64,000 nucleotides of DNA. Source: Zancudomyces culisetae HAW-14-8. Taxonomy: Eukaryota; Fungi; Kickxellomycota. Shown piece by piece: positions 47,804-59,322 of the stretch. How positions within the stretch are numbered: position 1 is the first letter of the stretch; every line of letters starts with the position of its first letter. Below the pieces are notes generated by a model that saw nothing but the letters and a program-made list of their open reading frames with translations, did not search any database and had not been told where the DNA came from. The stretch lies in assembly GCA_052426225.1 (NCBI GenBank), contig JBNJNM010000011.1, positions 2,666,001 through 2,730,000 of the forward strand, written 5' to 3'. The translations under genes were made by a program, and so were the position numbers.

Positions 47804-47869
47804 ACTTTCTTTTCACCTCCTCCCCTCTTGTATTTTTAGTTTGAATTTTTTTTTGTTTTTTTGACCTTG

Positions 47870-47910
47870 CTTTTCCTTTTCCTTTTCCTTTTCCTTTTCC
47901 TTTTCCTTTT
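47870..47910. repeat. (CCTTTT)n microsatellite
   Basis: Direct hexamer repeats just upstream of the chitin synthase ATG. Confidence 0.9.
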
Positions 47911-49664
47911 TATTCTATTCTATTCTGTTCTACCTAATAGTTCTTCTCTCTCTTTCTTTATTTTATACTTGTCCTCTCCTCTCCTCTTTTTTTTTTGTTG
48001 TTTCTGTTGTTAAAGGTAGTTATAATATCTACAATAACTATTGTATTGTACTGTATCTTGAATAACAATAGAAAAATCCAATCACACAGATAAATAAATC
48101 AAAGTACTATAAATATATTGATCCATATATTTATAATACAAAAAGCTTCTATATTCCACTGTTAAACCAAATACAAAATAATATTAATAGTAATAATAAA
48201 ATAATATATTATAAAACTTTATAAGCCTTGTATTAAAATATATACAAGTACTATTATTTCAAAACTTTTTTTTTTTAAATTAGCAAGAAACTTGTCTTTC
48301 TAAACTCTTTCCCGCTTTCCTAGACTCTTTTTCAAACTTTTCATGAATTTCAAAAATCTACTTTTATTTATTTATTTATTTTTATTTATCTGTATTTGTA
48401 TTTGTATTCGTATTTGTATTTGTATTTGTACTAGTACTTTTTCTCTCTTTACTATACACTCTCATATTAGACCTTTGATATTCACAACAACCTTTCTCAT
48501 CCTATCCAATTTTGTTTTTTTACGATTTTTCGATTTTTTATTTTTATTTTTTTATTACTTTGGGTTTATATTTACGAGCTTTTTTACAATATTTATTATT
48601 ATTATTCTTGCTCTTATTCTTCAGTTTTTTGTGTGTGTCGTGTTTACAAAGTTGTGTAATATCTTTTATTTGGGCTATTAAATCCTTCTTGTTGAGTTTT
48701 CTCTCTCTCTCTCTTTTTTTTTATCTATGGATTTATAAATATTGAATTAATTTCTGTAATTAAACCCATCAATGAACATGCCTAAAAATTAAACTTGATT
48801 TTATAATTGCTGATATATCACACATACACACACACACATAAAAATTAAATGTTAGGTAAAAAAAAAATTTTTTTATATATTTTATCCCAACAAATTACTA
48901 TCTTTTAAACTAAATTCCTTATTAAAACCATCAATCACAAATTATAAAAAATTATAAAGAATTAAACATAAAAAAAACTACCCAACTTCTCAACCTCATC
49001 ATTTGTAACCGCGCTATACAAAACCAAAACCAAAAATAAAAATGAATTAAACTAAAATACTCACTAATGGGTAAGGTCGGTTTTGAAATACCTACAACCA
49101 TTTTGCTCTTCTTTTTTTTTTGTATACGGTTTTTTGTTTACTCGTTTCGCTTTTGTTTATCAGTTATTTATTTTCCACTACTTGTTTTATTTATATTTCC
49201 ATTACTACTATTTGCCAACCAAATTATTATTATTCATGAATACCCAAACATACTTTGCCTTTTAATTTGCTTCTTGATTTATCTTGTAAAATTGACCACG
49301 ATTTACGAAAAAACATCACTACTTTTTATTTTAATCTCTGCTGCTTTTAATTTAATCCCCATCAATACCTTTACCAAGCTTGATATGACCACGCTTTTGT
49401 TTATTTCCTCTGCACCACTAAACAGGATGTAAATGAAATAAAATATATATAATTCCAAACTAAAAATAAACAAATGGCGGTAATAATAAATGAAAAATAC
49501 CCTGTTTGATGTTGAATTCCTTTTATTTTATTATTTTTTGTTTATTTTGAACTGGATATTATTTTGCGATTAATATTTTTTTTTGTTTTTTTTTTAGTAC
49601 TAAATTCATCAGTTTATCACGATGATTAATTCCGTTTTTAAACACCATTTTTTTTTAATTTTCC

Positions 49665-49726
49665 CATTTCACATTTCACATTTCACATTTCACATTTCAC
49701 ATTTCCCATTTCCCATTTCCCATTTC
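49665..49726. repeat. Heptamer tandem repeat (CATTTCA/CATTTCC)n
   Basis: About 9 units, switching from the A variant to the C variant. Confidence 0.9.
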
Positions 49727-50827
49727 TTTTTTTTCTTTATTTATAAAGAAATGGAAACTTTTATTGTGCTACAATTGGTTTTAAAATAGATCAACTATTT
49801 TTTTTTATTCTATTTCTATTTCTATTTCCGTATCCTTTTCAATTTTGGTCTTGAAACTGTCATACTTTATTTTTGAAATTAAGGGTTTCAAAGAAAAATA
49901 GAAAGAAAAAAGTAATATAAAAACCCCTTTCCCGTTTTTTAAACAGATGTGCAAATATCCGTGTTCAAGTACCCAGCATGTCAGCATAACAATTCCAGAC
50001 CATTATTTTTTTCTTTTTCTTTTTATAGTGTAGCTTTTAGATTGTTGCTTTGCTCTGATTTTGCCTGCTTTATGATGGAAAAAAGTAGTACTGGCTGTAC
50101 CTGTACCTGTACCTGTACTTGTGGTTATGGTTATGGTTATCGCTGTAGTGGCAAGGTAACTCGGAACAAAAAAAGCACATACTTTGCTTTTGGATAGGAA
50201 AATTGGTTTTGATATTTCCAATATCACCTCATTTATTTTATTATTTTTCCATCTTTTACTTTTTATAACAATACCAACTGTACAAGAAAAAAAAGAAAAA
50301 GTCAGGTTATATCTCGCCTATTTTACTCATATCTACAAAAAAAAAACAAACTTTTCTAATTTTGGATATATAATTCCCTTTAACTTTTTTTTTCATTTTG
50401 TAAGAGCTTATATATTTAGTACAAAAATACATAACTGTTACTTAATTCATTGCACTTTATTCAATATGGCCTTACAAGATTATATTCTCGGATTATCAGA
50501 TAATTACATTATATATGTAGTGCACTGTATACCTCTACTTTACACACTCATTGTTTCCCAATTACAATTACGCCTTCTTTTTTTAATAATTAACTTTTAC
50601 ACTAACCAATATGGTAATAACGCAAAACCCTGTTTTATTATTACATTTATTCCGTGCACCAATAATATGGATGATGCTACTTTGCCCAGCTTACACACTA
50701 TTTTTTTATTCCTTATTTTTTCTTTTGTTTTTTGCAGCTACTATGCTAAAAGCAAATCAGACTTGAAAAGATAAAGAAAAAGTGTTTTTCGTATTTAAAA
50801 GAATCAAGTATAGAATTCTTGAACGCC

Positions 50828-50853
50828 ATAACTATAACTATAACTATAACTAT
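50828..50853. repeat. (ATAACT)n microsatellite
   Basis: Four perfect hexamer units. Confidence 0.85.
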
Positions 50854-52116
50854 CAATAATGATAACCGGCCTCAATTTGGAATACCAAAAAAACAAATCT
50901 CTTTTATATTTTAGTAGCTTGAGAGTATAAACACGGTTATACCTTACCTATTACCAGAATAAACTACCTTTACTACACCACGTGTATAACACTCATCAGT
51001 AGTATTTGAACAAACCACAATTACAAAACTGTAAACTCAAACACTGATTAGCTTTCACTGAAAACTTGAGTAATCAATTATGTGATTTCAATGTAGTTTG
51101 TGTGATAACACCATTCCTTGTATGGGTATAAAAGCAGTTTAATCTGAATATTTAATGCTAATACAATCTTTAGTTTATTAAGAGTAACTGCGCTGTAACT
51201 TTTAACCAACTGTAATTATCTTATCCTTTTGTTTCAGTACATTTTCGTTTTTATAAGCTTGGACAACTACCTTGTAAATTCGATCAAGTAAATACAATAA
51301 CTCAGGAAGTTTGGGTCAATGTCATTTAATTGCCTTTTAATTACAGCAAAGCTAAAATGCTGTAACGGTATATATCCAAACTATTTAACCTTTATTGTTT
51401 TCTCTCTAAATAGCTCCAGTATTAAATCGCTCAGAGACAGCTTTTTATTTCGATATAACCTATGCTTTCATATTTAATGAATGAATGTACGTACTGAATG
51501 TTACTCTTGATAATTGCGATTAAATTCAATACTTTATTATTTTATTTTACAATAATTGTGCAAGGCAGACCTGTTTAATCTCGGTTTGTGTTTGTCTAGC
51601 ATTGAATACACCTTATTAGTTGCACAAACATTTGTAAGTGTACACAATGTAGACCACTTTTTTTTTTTGAAATCGAAATTTTTTATAATTTCAAAAACAA
51701 AAGGTAATTAGGTTTGGACAAGTAATAATTATAGCTATTTAGTGTAACAATATATGCTACTATGTAGAATGCGCTTCTGCTAGATGCGTATCTGCTCTGA
51801 CATTTCAATGCAAATATTGAGCTTTCATTTTGGAAGCTGGAACTTGTTAGTGTATGAAATACCCTCATAACAGCATTTCCCGTTTCTCCAAATGTATTTA
51901 AATTGCATCTTTGGTAGGGGGGGGCAGGGTTTGCTGATACATATTTGGTAGATTAATATCTTATTCAAAGATTAATAATACTACACATATTTACCATCAA
52001 CACAAAGTAGAATAGAGAAAATAGCGATAACTACTCATAAAAAAAAAACAAGCTTTACTACCAAGAGTGAAAAAAAATTTTTGAGTTGCTTTAATACCAT
52101 TACAACCGCAAAAACA

Positions 52117-53136
52117 ATGTCTGAAGATAAAATACACAGGAAAAATTACTGTCGTCTGTGCCTAAGATGCCTAACATGCCCAAGAGAATTGAAAAGTTAC
52201 ATTAACGAAAGCGAGTGTAAGTGTCCGATAGTGAACATTAGAATATTTAACAACGCATACTGTGCCACACAAGACCAGTTACCACGCCTGAGTTATCGAA
52301 CGCGCAAGTTCACACCTGAAATTAAAAAAACCCTCAACCAGCTTATCAAGCGGTTTTCACTAAAAGGTAGACCACTCACTGAAAAGATAATTGGAGGTAA
52401 TCTTTGTTCAACATGCCAACAGAGACTAAGAAGAGCCCGACTTAGGCATGTAAAAAAGAATAGTGAGAAAAAGTATAATACAAGAGATTGTGGCACAAAC
52501 AATAGTATTGGAATCAAGTACGTAAAGTCTGGTCTCATATACCCCAGCGTGACATACACAGAAGGTGACAAAGACAGCAGAGCTCAAAGCTTGGATGCAA
52601 TTGAGGAGCTCAAAAAATATGATGGCTATAGTAAGGTGCTAGCGGACCAGCAAGTGATTACAGATGTCAATACCAACTTTAAAGATAATGATGAAAAGAG
52701 CTTAGCAGTTGCAAAAAAGGAGTCTTTTACTAACACTATGCTCACTGAACTTATAAACTACGCAAAGGTTCTGCAGATATTCACGGTTAAACAGAAGGAG
52801 AGGGATCGCATGTTTGACATGGACGAAAAGTGTGTAGTGCAAATTTTTGATTATTACAGCGGATGTAAAATACTGCACAAAAATAACGTTGAAAAGACAT
52901 GTAATTTATACAATCTTATGAATCAAACTTTGTTGTCTGCCAAATATCCTAGATTGTTGGTTAATGGGTGTATACTCACTAAAGGGACCACATTGTTAGA
53001 TTATTTAATGATTGTTGCGTATTGCAGGCAGAATGGCCAATGTGAAGACCAACTGCGAATATTTGCTAGGGAAAAGCTTGTTCCAAGGGTTGGCCAGCCT
53101 GTTTGGCGTATATCGGAAAAGCAGGTAGTAGAGTAG
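52117..53136 (+). CDS. Uncharacterised protein with Cys-rich putative Zn-binding N-terminus and a possible C-terminal ubiquitin-like domain
   Basis: ATG at 52117. CxxCxxCxxC...CxC...CxxC pattern. RLLVNGCILTKGTTLLDY resembles ubiquitin RLIFAGKQLEDGRTLSDY. Confidence 0.7.
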   Translation: MSEDKIHRKNYCRLCLRCLTCPRELKSYINESECKCPIVNIRIFNNAYCATQDQLPRLSYRTRKFTPEIKKTLNQLIKRFSLKGRPLTEKIIGGNLCSTCQQRLRRARLRHVKKNSEKKYNTRDCGTNNSIGIKYVKSGLIYPSVTYTEGDKDSRAQSLDAIEELKKYDGYSKVLADQQVITDVNTNFKDNDEKSLAVAKKESFTNTMLTELINYAKVLQIFTVKQKERDRMFDMDEKCVVQIFDYYSGCKILHKNNVEKTCNLYNLMNQTLLSAKYPRLLVNGCILTKGTTLLDYLMIVAYCRQNGQCEDQLRIFAREKLVPRVGQPVWRISEKQVVE

Positions 53137-53657
53137 TGGTCAAGTCAGGTCAAGTCAGGTCAGGTGCAAAAAAACAAGAGTATAGATTCATATCATGCTG
53201 AGTTGCTGGCATTATATGTGTTGTTGGCGTTATATACGTTGTTGGCGTTATAAGAGTGGAGGGTAAGGTATGTGCGGAGTGATGTTTTAAAGTTAGTTAA
53301 AATGGCAAGCCAAGTTGCTTTTTCCTTTCATTCTCTTTTTTTACGATGTATCTGTTTTATATTCATGGTTTGCTTTTCTAGTTGCCAAGGTTTGTGTTTT
53401 CTGCCAAACTCAAAATATTGTTCGAAAAAACGACTAATTAAATAGTTGAAATAATAGGCTAAAAGAGGTGTCTTTTTTTATTTTATTTTGGATAATTGGT
53501 TTACAACTACACAAAATAAAAACCTTGACTCTCCTTCTATATAATATATATTTATTCCACTAATTCTTCAGAAATCATTATTACTCAAAGGCCAAGACAA
53601 AGAGCGTGACTATAAGAGTACCACAATAAGAACTACAATAGGCGTGATAGCGGAATA

Positions 53658-54498
53658 ATGTTTGATTTTTTATTCGGAAGAAGAAAAACACCACAAGAGG
53701 TGTTGCGAGAAAATACCAGATTTCTGAATCGTTCGATAAGAGAAATAGATCGCGAGCGCACAAAACTTGAGCAAGCTGAAAAGAAAACACTGATGGAAAT
53801 AAAACAATATGCAAAGAATGGGAACATGAATGCATCAAAGGTAATGGCGAGAGATTTGGTAAGGAGCCGCAGACAGATACAAAAATTCTACAAAATGAGA
53901 ACTTCACTACAGGGTTTGTCTCTGAAGATTCAAGGGCTGAGCTCGGGTCAGCAAATGGCGCAATCAATGAAAAATGCTACAAAGGCTATGAAGATGATGA
54001 ACAATTCGATTAATCTGCCCGGACTGCAAAAACTACTGCTCGAATTTGAAAAGCAATCCGAAATAATGGATATGAAGGAAGAAATCATGGGTGAAACCAT
54101 GGACGAGGCCTTTGAGGATAGCGAGGCGGAGGAAGACGAAGAGGAGGAAAGCGAACAGATTGTAAAACAGATTATGGATGAAATTAACATTAAAACCACA
54201 CATAAGGTAATTCTCTTTTCTTTTAAAAAACTATCAGGCGCGCGAATGCACTTTGTCAAAAATAGCATGAGCATCAAAATAGATTTGAGTATCCAGTTTA
54301 TTGTATAGTATAGAAGTAAATGGCAAGGAAACCAGATAATATAATTAAAAATCACTATAATTATAGATGGCTGATGTTCCGAGTGGAATTATCAAAGAAG
54401 GCGAGGCATCCATGGTGTCTGCAAATAGCGAAGAAAACCAACTGGGTGGAATACATGACACTCTACAGGCTAGACTAAATAATTTAAAGCGAGAATAG
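53658..54498 (+). CDS. VPS2: ESCRT-III subunit Vps2/Did4/CHMP2A (2 exons)
   Basis: Exons 53658-54206 and 54367-54498; intron 54207-54366. Snf7-family helices (KVMARDLVRSRRQIQKF) and C-terminal MIM1 LQARLNNLKRE. Confidence 0.95.
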
Positions 54499-54669
54499 TA
54501 ATAGAAAATAGTAGTTATATTATAATAAAGTGGCAAGCTGCTGAAAAAAAAAAAGAAGCAAAGCTGCATGCGCTGAGTACGCAAACGATATTGGAAGGTC
54601 ACATTACAGTTAGTAGCGTGACTAAACGATTAAGCATATGTGGTATATATAAATATATATTTGTGTAGT

Positions 54670-56607
54670 TTATTTTTTAGGTTTTGTTTTTGCGGATCTC
54701 ATGCTACCAGGCAAACGCATGAGTTTGGTAGAAGCTTTTGATTTTGATTTTGATTTGCTTTTACCGTTAACTTTGTTAAGCTGATAAAAGTTTTTGGTTG
54801 TGTTGAGTTTATTTGTGGTTAAGCGGTGTGTGCGTTTCTTAGAGCTTTGATCGCGTTCTGCATCAGAATCGTCACTGTCAATGTCTTCAGAGTCCAGTTC
54901 CGAGTCTTCAGCATCATTTTCATTCTGCAATTCCTCAGGATCTGCATTGACAGCTTCTCCAACTACTGAGCCAAACACATCATCCCAGTCAACTTCGCGG
55001 GCATGCTTTTCTTCAGTAGCCTTCTCAGGGTCCGTAGATGATGATTCAGGAACAAATTCAACAGAATCTTTTTGCTCAGCTTCCTGCTCCTCTTGGGGTT
55101 TTTGAGATTTTTCATTTTTCAAATCTATTGGTAGATACTCAGTCATCACAGGAATCTTGGTCAAGCTTTGATTAATTCCCTCCATCATTCCCAAATCGGC
55201 TTCAGAGATCGTAGTCTGTTGCTCAGGACCGTCTTGGTCGCCTGGGGGCAGGACATAACGTGGTAGCTTTCCACGGAGCCAATCATTAATAACCATTTTG
55301 CTTACTACGTGCAAATCAGGCTGGTTTCCTTTATTAAGCTTTCCTGTTGACTGCGCAAGTTCAGTCAGAAACTCGGTGGAATCGGCCCAATTCTCAATGT
55401 TGTATGTTCGCTGGATGTATTCTTTGCGGACTCTACTGAGAATTTCTGGGATATAGTCCTCAGGCGACTCCAAATTGTTTGAACGTACTGAACCACGGAG
55501 AACAATATCAATATCTGTGTCGCTTGTGTTACTTTGAATCACTCCTGGACAATCAATCAGATATATGCGCCGCATAAGTGTTATGTATTGCCACACCTTG
55601 GTTTCACCTGGGATTGGTGCCACGTTACACACTTTCTTTTTGCGGAGTGTGTTTATAATCGATGACTTTCCTGTGTTTGGATATCCAATGAATCCGACTG
55701 AGATCTGTTTTTTATCGCTATGTAGCTTTGAAAACTGTCTAAGTAGCTGGATCAGCGATCCTTTACCAAAGGAATTGTTTATGCTTGCGTGGAATGCCAA
55801 TGTTGGTCGTTCTTTGGACAAGTGTTTGACCCATCTACTTGTAACCCATGTTGGAACAAGATCGACTTTGTTTAGAACGTATATCAAGTGCTTGTGTGGA
55901 GCTTCTTTGCTGATATATTTTTCAACCTGTCGACATCTTGTTCCCACTGGGTCACGCGCATCTAACACGTGCACTACTACATCACTGCTGTCTATAACTT
56001 TGTACAACTCATTCCATATACGTTTTGATGCTCCTGCACCCAAATACCACTCTTTGCTAATTTTTTCTTCTTGCTCTCTCATATTTACATCCTTTTCCAC
56101 TTCATAATTGCTATTCTTTTCCTCAGTATCCTTGGCCAATTCTGAGATATCCTCTACGCTAAGTTTGGGTCGTTTTCTTTGAGCCTTTGGCCCAAATGTA
56201 CTTCCGAAACTTTCGACGGCCAGTACACTTCGTTTATTTATTAGTCCTCCTTCCGCATTACTGCTTGTCAACAAACTCATTGGTAGTTTGTTTTGCCGTA
56301 GCAATACTTGGTATGGATCATTTACTTTGCTTCCCAGCTTTTCCCGGAACTCCTCCAACGCCTTTTGTCCAATCACACGGGTATTTCCAAACCATCGTCT
56401 GTTTGGTTCAACTCTACCAACCTTAGCCTCGGTGCTTTGGAAATCAGCTGCTTTAACTATCTTTCCACTTCGGTCGCGTGTAGGCTTTCCTGATTTAAGT
56501 AGTCTCAAATAGCTTGCCTTTTTTCGATCGTGGTAAAAGTTTTGTCCCTTGATCACCTGGTTACCCATCCCGGATTGCTTATCTGTAGCTTTGTTAGTTT
56601 TCCCCAT
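54670..56607 (-). CDS. NOG2: Nucleolar GTPase Nog2/GNL2
   Basis: NGP1NT-type region ([15 protein letters not shown]) and circularly permuted GTPase motifs [23 protein letters not shown]. Confidence 0.97.
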   Translation of the reverse strand: MGKTNKATDKQSGMGNQVIKGQNFYHDRKKASYLRLLKSGKPTRDRSGKIVKAADFQSTEAKVGRVEPNRRWFGNTRVIGQKALEEFREKLGSKVNDPYQVLLRQNKLPMSLLTSSNAEGGLINKRSVLAVESFGSTFGPKAQRKRPKLSVEDISELAKDTEEKNSNYEVEKDVNMREQEEKISKEWYLGAGASKRIWNELYKVIDSSDVVVHVLDARDPVGTRCRQVEKYISKEAPHKHLIYVLNKVDLVPTWVTSRWVKHLSKERPTLAFHASINNSFGKGSLIQLLRQFSKLHSDKKQISVGFIGYPNTGKSSIINTLRKKKVCNVAPIPGETKVWQYITLMRRIYLIDCPGVIQSNTSDTDIDIVLRGSVRSNNLESPEDYIPEILSRVRKEYIQRTYNIENWADSTEFLTELAQSTGKLNKGNQPDLHVVSKMVINDWLRGKLPRYVLPPGDQDGPEQQTTISEADLGMMEGINQSLTKIPVMTEYLPIDLKNEKSQKPQEEQEAEQKDSVEFVPESSSTDPEKATEEKHAREVDWDDVFGSVVGEAVNADPEELQNENDAEDSELDSEDIDSDDSDAERDQSSKKRTHRLTTNKLNTTKNFYQLNKVNGKSKSKSKSKASTKLMRLPGSMRSAKTKPKK

Positions 56608-56723
56608 TTTTTTCTCCTTCCTTTGTGTGTTCCCTATTCTTTATTCCACTGTATGAGTATGTCTATACAACTCTTATAATATGGATTTTATGTTAGTACA
56701 ATTTATTCTCAGGGTTTTTTTTT

Positions 56724-56743
56724 TGAAAAAAATTTTTTTTTTT
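56724..56743. promoter_or_regulatory. RRPE-like A-tract/T-tract element upstream of NOG2
   Basis: TGAAAAAAATTTTTTTTTTT about 120 nt upstream of the ATG of a ribosome-biogenesis gene. Confidence 0.45.
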
Positions 56744-57035
56744 CCATATTCTAAGTCGATTTATAACAAGCAAAATCGTAGAATGGATGCAACTCAGGAT
56801 TTCACGCAGTTTGATTGCCAAAGTAATTACTCGAACATTTGGAAATTATATAACATTTGTACAAACTTTATTTTTTTAAACTGTGTCTAGAAAAAGATTA
56901 TTGTATACAAATAGTGTAGAAAAAGGCGGAAAACGTAGTATCTTAAGGCTAAGAGGTACACATAACTTTAGTCGAAAGAGTTGGTGTCTCAGGCATGAAA
57001 TATGCTCAGGGACGGTTTAAAATACCACAAATGAT

Positions 57036-57881
57036 TTATTCCATTTCTGCCTTGATCGCTGCTACCTTTTCATGATACTCTTTCATGTTTTCTTTGAAAC
57101 GATCTTTATAAATTTGCTTTTCGGATTCTGGCAAGTTTTTCCACCCTTCATGTACGGCGATGATTTGTTCTTTGCCTGTTTTGGTCTTATCTACTAATTG
57201 ATTATGCATTTCAGCGTAGAACAGTGCAAATACCGTTGGTGGTCGTTTTGGTAAAAGTGGGTTTTTGAGTAATTCTACTTTTTTTTTGTCTCCATCTGTG
57301 GATTTCGCATTCTTGGCTTTTCTACGGCGATTCTCAAGTTGGATAAGCTCCTGGTCAGTCGAAAGATACCACAATTCATATGCTTTTTTTTTAGCAGCAG
57401 ACTCCTTCTTTGCTTTTTCACGGTACTCCTCCTTTTGAGCATCCGTTAGCTGCCCCCATGCTTGAGCAACCATGGGTAAAATTTCGCTACCCCTTAGCTT
57501 TTTTTCTTTAATCATATCGCTGATTTTTATGTGGAATTCCTTCGTAAAGGCAGCGTATGGGCCAATTGGTTTTGGATTGGGTGCCTTCAGAAGCGAATAA
57601 CTACGCATGATCGCCTTTTTAGCACGAACATTCTCGGATTTTGCGGGTCTTCCAACCCTTCTAGCACGTTTCTTGGTTTTGTTTGTTTTTTTCGATAAGG
57701 ATGCACTTTTGGATGTATTTTTTACTGCAGGAGTCGTTTTAACTGAGCTGAGGAATCGAATGGTTGATTTTAAATTGACCCACACATTGTTGTTTTTATT
57801 TGCAACGATCCGAAAAGAGACAGGGTATCTATTGACCGAGGGTCTTATGGCCCTTGCTACCCGTGCTAAAATTGCTGACAT
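57036..57881 (-). CDS. Mitochondrial tandem HMG-box protein (Abf2/TFAM-like)
   Basis: Arg/Ser-rich, acid-free presequence (MSAILARVARAIRPS...) and two HMG boxes (PKPIGPYAAF..AWGQLTDAQKEEY; PKRPPTVFALF..WKNLPESEKQIY). Confidence 0.85.
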   Translation of the reverse strand: MSAILARVARAIRPSVNRYPVSFRIVANKNNNVWVNLKSTIRFLSSVKTTPAVKNTSKSASLSKKTNKTKKRARRVGRPAKSENVRAKKAIMRSYSLLKAPNPKPIGPYAAFTKEFHIKISDMIKEKKLRGSEILPMVAQAWGQLTDAQKEEYREKAKKESAAKKKAYELWYLSTDQELIQLENRRRKAKNAKSTDGDKKKVELLKNPLLPKRPPTVFALFYAEMHNQLVDKTKTGKEQIIAVHEGWKNLPESEKQIYKDRFKENMKEYHEKVAAIKAEME

Positions 57882-58187
57882 TCTTAACTATGTTTAAATC
57901 TTGTTTCAGTAAAACATGTTAATAGTTAGCGCAAAATAAATGATTAAATACAACTCGTGTATTGGTTCTCAATTAGGATCCAATAATTTTATACGTATTT
58001 CTTCCTTTGCTAGAAACCCGAAACACTCGCTCGAAAAAGTTTTGTGTCTTTCAATGATCTGTCCCTAAACTTTTTTCTTTTTTTTTTGTTAGATGAATTA
58101 AGCTTTTATTTTAATCGCTATTCTGTTCCGATAAAAAAATAATTAAACAAATAAACATACAGCTCAACCCAAAAACAGAAAGCAATC

Positions 58188-59137
58188 ATGCCGCAAGAAA
58201 GTACAGCTTTTGCTTCGCTTAGCTACGCTAGCCGAGTAGAGAACTTCACAAACAAGACAGCGCGATCATTGCTGGAATTAATGGAGCGGAAAAAGACAAA
58301 CCTTTGTTTAAGCATTGATTTGACAACTTGTGAAGAGGTTTTACGCTTTGCAGATCAAATCGGTCCCTATATATGTGTTTTAAAAACACACGTTGACGTA
58401 ATTAGCGACTTCACTAGCGACTTTGTTGTAAAGCTTCAGGAACTGGCGAAACAGCATGATTTTCTGCTTTTTGAAGATAGAAAGTTCGCGGATATTGGTA
58501 AGCTATTATTCTACAAAAATTTCTTTAAATCAACACTTTAGAAAATATACAGCTACATTCTCATAAATATAAACATTTACAACAAAAACGACAACAAAAA
58601 GAGAAAAACATTATTCTTACTAGCTGATAACTATTCACAAAAGGTAACACCGTAATGCTACAATATTCAAGTGGGGTGTACAAGATTGCCTCTTGGGCTG
58701 ATGTGACCAATTGCCATATAATTCCAGGTGAGGGAATAATAACTGGACTTGCAACGGTCGGACAACCCTTGGACCGTGGTCTTTTGCTGTTAGCCAACAT
58801 GTCCTCTAAGGGCTCGCTTTCCAACTCGGAGTATACGAATAAAAATGTCGAATACGCAAAGAAATACTCAGATTTTGTTTTTGGATTTATTGGCGACCAA
58901 CGCTTCTGTCCTGATGTTGATTTTATTACTATGACTCCAGGTGTTTCGCTAACGAGCACAGGTGACACCATGGGTCAATGTTATAGGACTCCCGAGTTGA
59001 TCATTAAGGAGAGAGGATGCGATGTCATTATTGTTGGTAGAGGAATCTATTCAGCAAAGAACCCTGTTGAAGAGGCCATTAGGTATAGAGATGCTGGTTG
59101 GAATTGCTACTTGTCAAGGCTTTCAGCTGAGAAATAA
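58188..59137 (+). CDS. URA3: Orotidine-5'-phosphate decarboxylase (2 exons)
   Basis: Exons 58188-58497 and 58644-59137. The intron splits the active-site motif [10 protein letters not shown]|NTV; also [18 protein letters not shown]. Confidence 0.97.
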
Positions 59138-59322
59138 GATATAAATGTTTATTCAAAAACATAATACATACTTTTTTTATAAATATTAATACAGTATAAT
59201 GTGTTGAGAGTTAAGTACACCAAAATTCATTTATGAATATACTTGGTCGATAGACCATTTTTTTGGATATTCCACTTGATCCTAATGGTTGTCGCCAATA
59301 TTGGCTTGGAGATGGGAGGAGT

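Noticed and set aside
49665-49726. Tandem heptamers as a CRISPR-like or telomeric array
   Set aside because: There are no spacers, the context is eukaryotic and interstitial, and it is one of many local microsatellites.
48343-50774. ORFs of 60-196 aa in the AT-rich gap
   Set aside because: F/L/I/Y-rich translations expected from T-rich low-complexity DNA, with no motifs.
57036-57881. HMG-box gene as a Mucorales-type sex locus (sexP/sexM), given a transporter and an RNA helicase in the window
   Set aside because: It has two HMG boxes and a mitochondrial presequence and is flanked by NOG2 and URA3. The DMT transporter and SUB2 are distant and are not evidently tptA or rnhA.
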